This document shows positions 7,901-16,012 of a stretch of 64,000 nucleotides of DNA, piece by piece (within the stretch, counting starts at the first letter, position 1; every line of letters begins with the position of its first letter). The stretch comes from Kiritimatiellia bacterium (GTDB taxonomy: Bacteria > Verrucomicrobiota > Kiritimatiellia > RFP12 > UBA1067). The stretch is taken from contig JAZOQY010000057.1 in the NCBI GenBank assembly GCA_045656285.1, positions 1,845 through 65,844 of the forward strand. Reading direction: 5' to 3'. The notes below the pieces were generated by a model. That model worked only from the letters and a program-made list of their open reading frames with translations. It had not been told where the DNA came from and did not search any database. A program made the translations under genes and the position numbers.

Positions 7901-10692
7901 TTAGACGCCGAAAACACCTTACTAACATTTTCACTAACATTTTCCTTCTTTCCGATTCCCTCGTACCTCAAATCACTTATCCAATACCGAACCTCCTTAA
8001 CATCACCCTCGCGAAGCCCATCAAAATGATGAAAAACACTAACCTTATCGCCGACACGGTAATGCGGCTTATCAGTCCACGTAAAAACGCGGAACGGTTC
8101 GGCACGAACAATTACCGAACCCGTCGCGTCAATCGTGCGGTGCGAATTATCAGTAACTGAAACCGAAATGGAATATTCCTGATCATCATCACCATAAAGT
8201 TTGCGCACCAATGACGTATCCCAGACAACCTTTACTTCGCCGTTCTCATCAAGAGGAACATTCTTCATCGTAACCACAGTTTCGGGCGCCGGCGAAGATC
8301 CATACCAACGATGACAGTTGCGCCTGCAGATCCAAAGATTCCCTAACCCGCAATACCAATCGGCATCATAAAAACACCAATTAGATCCGTTTTCGTAAAG
8401 CCAGGACCACTCACAGGAAGGATACCACGTTATTCTGCGCGGAGTACGCCGGACAGTCACATCCGCAACGCCTTTTTTTACGCTATCACCCCAAAGATAT
8501 TTAGCCCTTACCGTCGCCGAAACCTTTTCGCCCAGCATTGGAGCGTTATTTGGCGTATCGACTGACACCTCGAACTCGGGCTTACGGTATTCCTCGACTC
8601 TAAATGTCGAACGAATCTCATCGTAACGTCCTTCTTCGTATGTCGATATCGCATACTTCCCAAGCTTCGCGTCATCTGGTATTTCAAATTCGCCCGCTAA
8701 ACCACCGAATCTATCTAGAGTGGATTTTTTTTCACTCAGCTTATTCTCCATTGGATCATATATTCTTAAAGAAATCTTTACGCCTTCCAAGGAGTTTTGA
8801 TTACCATATCCGCCATTGCGCATCCAAAGCTTATATTTTACCGTATCGCCGGGACGATAGGCGGGGCGGTCGGTTATTATTACACCTCGACGACGGTCTT
8901 GAGAACTATAGTCAATATAATAATTATACCAATATGAATCAACAACCTCCAACGCGCCATCCGGAGAAGTTATCGTAATATATCCATCCCGACTGCGGTT
9001 CAGCAAAGGTATTTTCGCATATCCATTTTCATCGGTAAATACAGGACCGATTTCTTTATATTCAAACTTTCGATCTTTATTAAACGTAGCGTGAAACTGA
9101 AACGCTTCTATTTTTGCGGTTTTAACGGGAGCGCCGGTCTCAGCATCTACAATGTAAAGGCCACCACCGTCTTTTACGGCAAAGGATTCCTTAACTGCCG
9201 CCAAACGCTGCACACGCAAAATCGAATGAATTCTATTACCGCCCTTAGCCGTAACCTCTAAAAGATAATCACCTTGAGGCAAATCATACGGAACTTCTAT
9301 TTCCTTTTTGGCGTCAAAATGATCTTTAGGCGACGAAACTTTTTGGCTCCATGAATACTTTTCACCTATCAGATATTTTTCGACCTTTTTCAAATCCTTT
9401 AATCTTATCAAGAATCTGGCAACATCCCATAAATTATAATAATCATTTCTTTTACGATTATTCTTGACATCATCTTTAACTTCTTCCAAATATCTGGCCA
9501 CGTCGATTTTCACAAGCGAAAATTCCAATTCATCGGCGTTCCTGAAATTAACCTCAAATCTGCCGCGCTTTTTATAGCTTACGACCGGCACATTTCCGGA
9601 AAGCGAGACATTCGGAGATGAAATACTCTCAACACAATGGCTGCAGCCTTTGCCCGCCTTTTTCCACATTTCGCACGCTTTCACAAATTGATAGCGCCGT
9701 TCGTATTCTTGAGCTATGCTTGCGTAATCGCCAAGCTCGCGCCACATTCTCATGTAATTATATTCAACGGGAAGCTTAAAACGTTTAACTCCGTTGGCGA
9801 GCCTGGTAATAGTCTCATCATCATCAAGAGACTTTAAATCCTCAATAAGTTTTTTAAGATCACCTTCGTCTCTCAACCTGTAAACGCCGAACTGATTTTC
9901 GGCGAATGCGCCTAACGAACGCGCCGAATTGCGACGCCCGAAATCGTCAACCGCCGCGCGCGCGGTATTAGCGAACATCCATCTCTCGCCGTCGTTCTTG
10001 GCATCTTCCCAATTTTTGACAAGACCGTAAAAAAGAGGTTCTCCATTCTCATCAACGGGCGCGGGGCCCACTTCAAAATCGCTGTCACCCCAGTTTTCCC
10101 TTTCGTCTATCGGCGGAATTTCCTTTAAGGAAGTCAATTCCTGAAGCTTCCACGCAGCGCCCCTGTTTCGAGCGTTCATTTCGAGGGCGTTGACGACTTC
10201 ATTCCAGAACCAACGTTGGCGAAGTTTAGTCTGTTTAGGCAAATCCGGCATAATCGCCTCTAAACACTTTAGGCGCTTAACCCTATCATGCTCTACAGAA
10301 GAGTAAGGTGCTCCCCACTCGTTCACTCTGGAAAATACGCCCTTTACCGTTTTACCGTAACGCGGCAATTCCCCAAGCGCCTGCGAATACGCGACGTGAA
10401 CGGCAAACTCCCTGCGCTCCAAAATCGCTTTGTCGAGCAACGGCTCTGCCTCATCGAAGCGCTTAAGTTTCGCTAAGCACCTCGGCGCATCAAGGAGAGA
10501 CTGCGCGCGATTCCCGTCGGTAACATTCGCACCATCAGGCGCGAATACGATGTTCGTATAGGCCACATACGCCTCGGCATAGTGACCCTTTTCCATAAGC
10601 AAAGCTGCGTCTTTTATATCGGTTGCAAAAACTTGAAAGGATGCAAAAACGCCTACTGCAACAGCGAGCGCTGAGAAAAGATTATGTCGCAC
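4972..10692 (-). CDS. alpha-2-macroglobulin family protein (large, secreted, thioester-containing)
   Basis: - Track ORF 4972..10824 trimmed to GTG at 10692, which follows GAAGGAGG by 5 nt and avoids overlap with the upstream gene.
- The N-terminus VRHNLFSALAVAVGVFASFQVFA looks like a signal peptide.
- It has an RKDFADTAYWNAAL motif (A2M_N_2-like) and a thioester-type motif YEYECNEQT (CNEQ at 6310-6321). Confidence 0.85.
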   Translation of the reverse strand: MRHNLFSALAVAVGVFASFQVFATDIKDAALLMEKGHYAEAYVAYTNIVFAPDGANVTDGNRAQSLLDAPRCLAKLKRFDEAEPLLDKAILERREFAVHVAYSQALGELPRYGKTVKGVFSRVNEWGAPYSSVEHDRVKRLKCLEAIMPDLPKQTKLRQRWFWNEVVNALEMNARNRGAAWKLQELTSLKEIPPIDERENWGDSDFEVGPAPVDENGEPLFYGLVKNWEDAKNDGERWMFANTARAAVDDFGRRNSARSLGAFAENQFGVYRLRDEGDLKKLIEDLKSLDDDETITRLANGVKRFKLPVEYNYMRMWRELGDYASIAQEYERRYQFVKACEMWKKAGKGCSHCVESISSPNVSLSGNVPVVSYKKRGRFEVNFRNADELEFSLVKIDVARYLEEVKDDVKNNRKRNDYYNLWDVARFLIRLKDLKKVEKYLIGEKYSWSQKVSSPKDHFDAKKEIEVPYDLPQGDYLLEVTAKGGNRIHSILRVQRLAAVKESFAVKDGGGLYIVDAETGAPVKTAKIEAFQFHATFNKDRKFEYKEIGPVFTDENGYAKIPLLNRSRDGYITITSPDGALEVVDSYWYNYYIDYSSQDRRRGVIITDRPAYRPGDTVKYKLWMRNGGYGNQNSLEGVKISLRIYDPMENKLSEKKSTLDRFGGLAGEFEIPDDAKLGKYAISTYEEGRYDEIRSTFRVEEYRKPEFEVSVDTPNNAPMLGEKVSATVRAKYLWGDSVKKGVADVTVRRTPRRITWYPSCEWSWLYENGSNWCFYDADWYCGLGNLWICRRNCHRWYGSSPAPETVVTMKNVPLDENGEVKVVWDTSLVRKLYGDDDQEYSISVSVTDNSHRTIDATGSVIVRAEPFRVFTWTDKPHYRVGDKVSVFHHFDGLREGDVKEVRYWISDLRYEGIGKKENVSENVSKVFSASKPGQYRVSVEVTDIKGRVCEGSRIILVRGEGDDGRNYKYSSLELIPDKETYSPGDTVKLTVNADYSDSTVFYKVRNGKTQLLRLKGKTGEISIPVVESDKPNFFVEAWTFSQAKYHREVREIMVPPVDKIGKATVEIDGGLEVVKPGETVSATVKIFDEKGKAADASAVMTVYDKAIDLIAGGSNVKSLKEAFWFDRLNFPHSFLNTIVDGFNCIYLSGDENFGPLGLWGEYAIGFLGSKTIGRSRLEKKRSRSAAPQAEPVMECDASVACEPMACLSPVSSENGCAKAGGVRKDFADTAYWNAALEATGTQGVYRVKFKMPEDITTWNIKVWSIGIDGRVAEVATELITKKDLMLRMITPRFFTEKDEVVISANLHNYSDKARQVTASIDLKGVEIKGDTSSKTVSINAGGEARADWRIKVLSSGKLTARMRVADAELSDGVEKSFDVVSHAVEKTESCFKILSSLEKMDCRVYEGDEALEMYKKLGFNLPDKNEAKDLRAVVEVSDTLAGAIDKSLDYLKYYEYECNEQTMNRFVPAAAARDVLVARGFGDRLKDVDELIEKSLMKLSERQNSDGGWGWFWGSYEHSYEHMTATIVRGLAEAKRHGVEVPGTVMDGGVKWLKERQRESLGYIKKHKTRPWANDVLTAYAILLATDGKADATAKEMMRLAYDTRLDLPVYAQALLGLAFDLTREVEKRDTVVRNLKQFLKEDSENGTAYLELGNHGYWWCWYGSDFEAQAMALKLFLKVEPTSDATRGLALYLYNNRISRTHWTNTRDTGLAIEALAEYCRKVEKKNEKYVSGYLTYLTYEEPIKAAGLELKVNRTISRVSEVVEDSTGRGASGQSLAQKRTKEVLTTLNDGDAVKAGETLEIRVDLDSKNDYEYILIEDRKGAGFEPLDGMSGWKNLGGGWAYVENREKKTAIFLREISRGAHSFTYRVRVETPGVIHVLPAKVEAMYAPRLRGNSDEIRLEIK

Positions 10693-10724
10693 AAAAACCT
10701 CCTTCTGTTTTACAATACTATACA

Positions 10725-11912
10725 CTATCCACCGGCAATCCGCCGCGCCAATATCGGCAACTCCGGATCGCGAGCCCCGCAAGTGACAATGGCCGAAAAT
10801 TTCGACCGGTTCGAACATATCCACTCATACGCATCTTCAAGGCCAGAGACCTCGACAACCTTTCGAGAATCAATCATATCGGCCAGCAAATCTGAATTGA
10901 CCGATCTATCAGCGGTGCCCCCCGCGTCATAAACAGGCAGAAGAAGAAGTTTGTCGCAAGAACGGATCGTGTCGTTAAACATCTCCGCCAGGCCATCAAG
11001 CATCTTCCTCAAAGGAGCATATCCATGAGGCCTCCAGACGACGCAAATCCCATCGGGATGAGCTTCAGCGAGCGTAGTCCACATCGCCCTTATCTTCTCA
11101 GGATTATGAGCGTAATCATCATATACTCCATCACCGATTTTCTGAAGACGTCTTTCGACACCTCCAAACTTTAAAAGCGCCGCCCTTGCCGCAGCTTCAT
11201 CGCATCCAAGGGCCTTTGCCATTTCCAGCGCCAGAAAAGCATTGTTGCGATTATGCTTTCCGGGGATCGAAGTCTCCGCTTCCCCGTAAACCTTGCGTCC
11301 TTCCACAAGCGGCCCAGGCATACCGTCGACAAACGCGTCGAAGACTTCATCCATCTCCTCTTTGGAATAATGATCCGCCGACGCGTTCGTAACGACCGCC
11401 GCATAAGGCTTAAACGCAACGAGAGATTTATCGCTCTCGTCGACTTCGGCGACGGCGTATTCCCCGCGGCCGAACCGGACCGCCCCGTCCCATCCGGGAA
11501 CATTCGCGCCGTTGACGCACATCGGATCAAACCCGCACTCTGCGAGAATGTGTCCCAGCATCGCCGTAACCGTAGACTTGCCGCAAGTGCCGACTACAGC
11601 AACGAGCTTATACGGCGCAAGCGTCCGCGCGAGCGCCTTGGCGCGGTGGGTTACGGGAATGCCCAACTCACGGGCCCGCTTCAGACCCGGGTTGTCATCT
11701 TCTATCGCCGTCGAAACAACGACCTCATCGGTAGTTTCGTCGACGCCTGAACCATCGTCGGGAAAACACTTCACGCCGAGGGATTCAAGAAACGCGATAT
11801 TGGCGGTCCCAAGCGTACGATCGGCCCCCGTCACCTCGTCGCCAAGCTTGACGAGTGCAGTCGCCAAAGCGCTCATTCCGACACCGCCGACACCGATCAG
11901 ATGACGCTTCAT
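10725..11912 (-). CDS. Mur ligase family protein, MurC/Mpl-like (compact, 395 aa)
   Basis: N-terminal Rossmann IGVGGVGMSALA, P-loop VAVVGTCGKSTVTAML, GGVERRLQ and DDYAHNPEKI motifs typical of UDP-MurNAc:L-Ala ligase/Mpl. Shorter than canonical MurC. Confidence 0.7.
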   Translation of the reverse strand: MKRHLIGVGGVGMSALATALVKLGDEVTGADRTLGTANIAFLESLGVKCFPDDGSGVDETTDEVVVSTAIEDDNPGLKRARELGIPVTHRAKALARTLAPYKLVAVVGTCGKSTVTAMLGHILAECGFDPMCVNGANVPGWDGAVRFGRGEYAVAEVDESDKSLVAFKPYAAVVTNASADHYSKEEMDEVFDAFVDGMPGPLVEGRKVYGEAETSIPGKHNRNNAFLALEMAKALGCDEAAARAALLKFGGVERRLQKIGDGVYDDYAHNPEKIRAMWTTLAEAHPDGICVVWRPHGYAPLRKMLDGLAEMFNDTIRSCDKLLLLPVYDAGGTADRSVNSDLLADMIDSRKVVEVSGLEDAYEWICSNRSKFSAIVTCGARDPELPILARRIAGG

Positions 11913-13717
11913 TGCGCCTCCAGTTCTCTAAGCGTTTCTTCTACCGCCTTTACCATTTCGGCAGGATCGGCCATGTCCTTGACCGCGTTTTCCATCGGAC
12001 ATGTTCCGGTCTTCTCGCGGTTTGCGATCTCATTCACGATTTCGGCTCCGCTCGCCGCAACCCCGTATTGCTCCAAAAGCTCTCTGGCGCCTTCGCTCAT
12101 AACCTTCGCGTGAACTTCCTTTGCTCCGCCGGTGATGCAGATCGCCGCCGCAGCCCTGCCGATTATTTTGTCGACCACTATCGCGCCGTCGAGCTTGCCG
12201 TTGTCCAGGAAGTGAAGAAGCGGCTTGACCCCGCGAGCCTTGCTGCACGCGGTAATTACACCGTCCTTGGCAAGAACACAAGTGTCGCCGCCTTCAATAC
12301 GCGAAACCATCTCCGCTATCAAATCATCCTCTCCCATCGGCAAAACTTCTCTCTGACGGACAAACCCCTTGATGATGATGGCCGGTTCCGGCCTTACGGG
12401 ACAGACATGCTCGCACGCTCCGCATCCGACGCACGCCGTCTTGTCGACGACTACCGCGCCGTCCACCAGATGAAGAGCTTTAACCGGACATTTGCGGACA
12501 CATGCTCTGCAAAATTCTTTTTTATCTCCGGGAGCGTTCCTGAGACATAAATCCTTCTTCCAGACAGCGTGGCCTACATGAAGATTGGCACGCTCTTTCG
12601 TTCTCGGTTTCAACGCTCCTGTCGGACACGCGCGCGCACATTTGTAATCGCACGAAAGCCGGCAATATCCGTTCTGGAAATACATCTCCGGCTGGCCGAA
12701 AGTTTTCAGATCAACGGACTGCCGCAGAACATTCATCGGACAACGCGTCACGCAAAGTCCGCAGCCGACGCACTTGACGTTGAAAGTTTTTCGGGACACG
12801 GCACCGGGCGGCATGATCGGCAAGGGACGCGACGGTACTCCCGGCATGGAAACAGGAGCAAAGCCGCCGTCCGTCGTCTTTTCGACCGTATGCGCCGCGG
12901 CAAGAACGGCAACGCCCTTTATGGCGGTTCTTCTGGACACCTCGAGTTCTTTAGCATCACCCGGGGTGTTTATTTCAGCTTCTGCGTTTTTACCGTTTCG
13001 CGGGAAGCACTTTCTGCAATTTTCACACCCCCTGCAAATCTTATCGCTCAGGAGACTTTTTTTCGAAAGTACAGAAAACAGGGAGCCGAACGGGCACACC
13101 CAGTTGCACCAAAGTCTCCCCTTGCCGAAAAACGCGCTTGCAGCGACGATGGAAAGCATTATAAGTCCGCTCAACGCGATCGCATCCACGCATGATGATT
13201 TTTCGGAAGCGACACCTAATATATTGCCGATACCGGAGGCGTCGTTGCCGACGGCATTTCCGCACGTAAACGCCATAAGCGATTTACTGACTATCGAATA
13301 CGGATTTATAAAATGGGCCAGCGCCCCCAGACCGCACGCGATAAGAATCGCGAATACGGCGAAAATCGACCACCTGACGGCGAGCTGAACGCGAGTAACG
13401 GGCAGACGCGTACAGACACGGCGAACAGCCTTTCGTGGACTTGCGATTCTCGCGATAAAACTCTGGATTATTCCGAGCGGACAGAGGCACTCGCAGAAAA
13501 AACGCCCCCACAAATGAGTAAGCACAAAAACAACCAAAAACCCCAATGAAAAAGCCGGTTGTATCCAAAGAGGGTAATCGCTGAAACTCCTGAGAAATGA
13601 AGCCTTGTCGACGATGAACGCCGCAACGACGAGAACAATGACCGCCAGCGAAACAAGCCGTTTGAACGACCAGACAAGCAGAGGTTTCCAAAACGCCCAG
13701 CTTTTAAAATCTCTCAT
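11909..13717 (-). CDS. membrane polyferredoxin (NapH-like + NapG-like 4Fe-4S domains) fused to a C-terminal DUF1893/TM1506-like domain
   Basis: - Two FFCECLCPLG / LWCNWVCPFG membrane Cys motifs.
- An internal RRTAIKG Tat-like motif.
- Several CxxCxxCxxxCP clusters.
- The C-terminal ~125 aa (VLAKDGVI...VVDKIIGRAAAAI...NREKTGTCPMENAV) matches my memory of DUF1893. Confidence 0.65.
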   Translation of the reverse strand: MRDFKSWAFWKPLLVWSFKRLVSLAVIVLVVAAFIVDKASFLRSFSDYPLWIQPAFSLGFLVVFVLTHLWGRFFCECLCPLGIIQSFIARIASPRKAVRRVCTRLPVTRVQLAVRWSIFAVFAILIACGLGALAHFINPYSIVSKSLMAFTCGNAVGNDASGIGNILGVASEKSSCVDAIALSGLIMLSIVAASAFFGKGRLWCNWVCPFGSLFSVLSKKSLLSDKICRGCENCRKCFPRNGKNAEAEINTPGDAKELEVSRRTAIKGVAVLAAAHTVEKTTDGGFAPVSMPGVPSRPLPIMPPGAVSRKTFNVKCVGCGLCVTRCPMNVLRQSVDLKTFGQPEMYFQNGYCRLSCDYKCARACPTGALKPRTKERANLHVGHAVWKKDLCLRNAPGDKKEFCRACVRKCPVKALHLVDGAVVVDKTACVGCGACEHVCPVRPEPAIIIKGFVRQREVLPMGEDDLIAEMVSRIEGGDTCVLAKDGVITACSKARGVKPLLHFLDNGKLDGAIVVDKIIGRAAAAICITGGAKEVHAKVMSEGARELLEQYGVAASGAEIVNEIANREKTGTCPMENAVKDMADPAEMVKAVEETLRELEAQ

Positions 13718-14970
13718 TTCGACAGCTCCTTATCTATGAGTCCATCAATCCACCGGCTGATTTTCTCCATTTCTTTTGAGATGGGGATGCGCTGAGGACA
13801 ATGCCCCAGGCATCTGCAGCAATCGGTGCAGCGATCGGCGCGCCTTAATTTGTCGGGGATAGCCTTGCAGTACCTCTCCAGCACCTCTCGCGGAGAGGGA
13901 TACTCCTTCAATGCAAGTATGGAATTGTAAAACTCGAAATGCGCGGGGATGTCCAGCCCGTAAGGACACGGCATGCAGTAGTTGCAACGCGTGCAGGGAA
14001 TCATCCCGAACGAAAGATATGCCTTTGCCGCACGCTCAAGCGCCTCGAACTCCTTCTCGCTGCACGGCTTCAACGGAGAAAACGTTTCGATGTTCTCCTC
14101 TATGTGCTCTTCGAAAGTCATTCCCGAAAGGACCGTCATCACATTCGGATGCGAACCGCAGAACCTGAGCGCCCATCTCGCGAACGACGACTCTGCGTCA
14201 AGATGCGTCAGCTCCTTGGCGACGGCGTAGTTGTACTTTGCGAGATTGCCGCCCAGAAGCGGCTCCATGATCGCAACAGGGATCTTGCGCCTGGTCAATT
14301 CGTCGTAGAGATATTTGGCGTCCAGATTGCGGCTGTTCACCTCCTTGGCATGGCGCCAGTCGACATAGTTCATCTGTATCAGGCAGAAATCCCATTTGTA
14401 CCTGTCGTGATTCTGCATGCACCACTCGAAGACCTTCGGATCGCCATGGAACGAAAATCCGAGATTCCGTATCCGCCCCGACCTGCGCTGCTCGACGCAC
14501 CAGTCCAGCGCTCCGTTTTCGAGATAACGTCTGGAGAACGTCTTGAAGTCGCCGTTGCCGACCGAATGCAGAAGATAGTTGTCGATATAATCCGTCTGTA
14601 GCTCCTTCAGGGATTTCTCGAACATCTCCCTGCATTTCTCGAGCGGATACTGCGCAGGCGAGAAGTTCGAAAGCTTCGTCGCGATGACATAGTCTTCGCG
14701 TTTATACCCGCTCGCCTTGAGCGCCTTGCCGAGACATCCCTCCGAAAGCCCTCGGCAATAGGCTGGCGACGTATCGAAATAGTTGACGCCGTTGTCGAGC
14801 ATGTGTTTGATCTGCTCGTTGAGACGCTTCTGGTCGATTTCGGCGTTGGAAGCCCCGCGCGCCCAGCCGTTCGCATGCTTGCCGTCGACAGTAGGCATCC
14901 GCATGGCTCCATACCCAAGAAGAGAAATCTTCCTGCCGTCATCGTTAAATCTGTATGTCATATCTTTCAT
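13714..14970 (-). CDS. aldo/keto reductase with C-terminal Fe-S cluster domain
   Basis: 418 aa with an AKR N-terminus (LGYGAMRMP, NYFDTSPAY). The Cys-rich C-terminus is CTRCNYCMPCPYG...CTDCCRCLGHCPQ. Confidence 0.8.
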   Translation of the reverse strand: MKDMTYRFNDDGRKISLLGYGAMRMPTVDGKHANGWARGASNAEIDQKRLNEQIKHMLDNGVNYFDTSPAYCRGLSEGCLGKALKASGYKREDYVIATKLSNFSPAQYPLEKCREMFEKSLKELQTDYIDNYLLHSVGNGDFKTFSRRYLENGALDWCVEQRRSGRIRNLGFSFHGDPKVFEWCMQNHDRYKWDFCLIQMNYVDWRHAKEVNSRNLDAKYLYDELTRRKIPVAIMEPLLGGNLAKYNYAVAKELTHLDAESSFARWALRFCGSHPNVMTVLSGMTFEEHIEENIETFSPLKPCSEKEFEALERAAKAYLSFGMIPCTRCNYCMPCPYGLDIPAHFEFYNSILALKEYPSPREVLERYCKAIPDKLRRADRCTDCCRCLGHCPQRIPISKEMEKISRWIDGLIDKELSK

Positions 14971-15009
14971 GATGGTTTAACCGTCGGCATTCAATTGCAA
15001 CAGAGAAAA

Positions 15010-15612
15010 TCAGTTCAACTGGGTGATTCTGTAGGAAATGGCGCGCTTAAGCGTCAACGGATCGGAATACGCCACGCCGGAGTCGGCCGGAAGCCCGAAG
15101 GCAAGCCTGGTGATCTTGACGCCAAGCGGCCCGAGCACCTCGGTGACATATCCGGCCGTCGCATCACCCTCCATGTCGGTCGAAAGCGCGAGCAGCACTT
15201 CGGTGAAGCCCTCGCGCACGACGCGCTCCTTGAGCTCGTCAATGCGAATCTTGACCGAAGACGCGGCCTTCAACGCCGAGAATTTTCCGCCCAAGGCATG
15301 ATATCGGCCGCAAAATGCGCCTGAAGATTCGATCGACACGATATCGGAAGGTTCCTCGACAACGCAGACAACCGTCTTCTCGCGCGTCTCGTCAACGCAC
15401 ATCCGGCAAGGATTGTCGTGTATCGTCGTAAACCCTCCGCAGCGGGAGCAGCATACGACGTTTTCGCTCGCTGATTTCAATGCGGCGGCCAGGGGCTCGG
15501 CCAAACGGGAACGTTCGCGCACAAGAGCCAAGGCCGCCCGAGAAGCCGAGCGGCGCCCGAAACCGGGAAGTTTCGAAAGCGCCTGCTCAAGTTCTCTGAT
15601 CGGAGCGATCAT
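15010..15612 (-). CDS. recR: recombination protein RecR
   Basis: 200 aa with a helix-hairpin-helix N-terminus, a CCSRCGG...CRMC zinc finger and a Toprim segment. Confidence 0.92.
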   Translation of the reverse strand: MIAPIRELEQALSKLPGFGRRSASRAALALVRERSRLAEPLAAALKSASENVVCCSRCGGFTTIHDNPCRMCVDETREKTVVCVVEEPSDIVSIESSGAFCGRYHALGGKFSALKAASSVKIRIDELKERVVREGFTEVLLALSTDMEGDATAGYVTEVLGPLGVKITRLAFGLPADSGVAYSDPLTLKRAISYRITQLN

Positions 15613-15632
15613 CTGTCATCTCCACCTGGACA

Positions 15633-15664
15633 CCGGCCCCTGGCGGCCATCCGCCTGCGGCCGG
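15633..15664 (-). other. GC-rich intercistronic stem-loop between ybaB and recR
   Basis: CCGGCC-cct-GGCGG-ccat-CCGCC-tgc-GGCCGG gives 6+5 bp of nested pairing. There is no U-tract, so it is not a classical terminator. Confidence 0.4.
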
Positions 15665-15678
15665 AGACCAGAGAGCGC

Positions 15679-15996
15679 TTACTTGCCAAACAGCCCGCCG
15701 GCGCCGCCGGCCTGCATCATCTTGGCCATTTCCTGCTGCGTTGTTTCACGAGCCTTCTTGAGCGCCGCGTTAACGACGTTCAAAAGCATCGTCTCGAAGC
15801 GCGCCGGCTTGCCGGCCTTCACTTCATCGTACGCCTCAGGAGTAAACGATATCGACGAAATCGACATGTCGCCTTTGGCCGTCACCGTAATTCCGCCGTT
15901 GGAGTGGGTCACGGTAATCTTCTGAATCTCATTCTGAATGCGCTTTGCCTCAGAACGCATCTTCATCGCTTCCTTGATCTGATCGAACATACCCAT
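15679..15996 (-). CDS. ybaB: nucleoid-associated protein YbaB/EbfC
   Basis: Track ORF trimmed to MGMFDQIKEAMKMRSEAKRIQ... (ATG at 15996, AAGAGG upstream). 105 aa, typical of the YbaB family. It lies next to recR, as in many bacteria. Confidence 0.88.
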   Translation of the reverse strand: MGMFDQIKEAMKMRSEAKRIQNEIQKITVTHSNGGITVTAKGDMSISSISFTPEAYDEVKAGKPARFETMLLNVVNAALKKARETTQQEMAKMMQAGGAGGLFGK

Positions 15997-16012
15997 GAGT
16001 ACACCTCTTTCT

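Noticed and set aside
10693-10824. N-terminal extensions of track ORFs: the A2M gene to 10824, the ABC-2 permease to 1968, ybaB to 16185, lspA to 39066, aroKAE to 44066, topA to 37608, and others.
   Set aside because: The extensions overlap the preceding gene. They lack SD or promoter context and add non-homologous residues. Internal starts give canonical N-termini, SD sequences or ATGA coupling.
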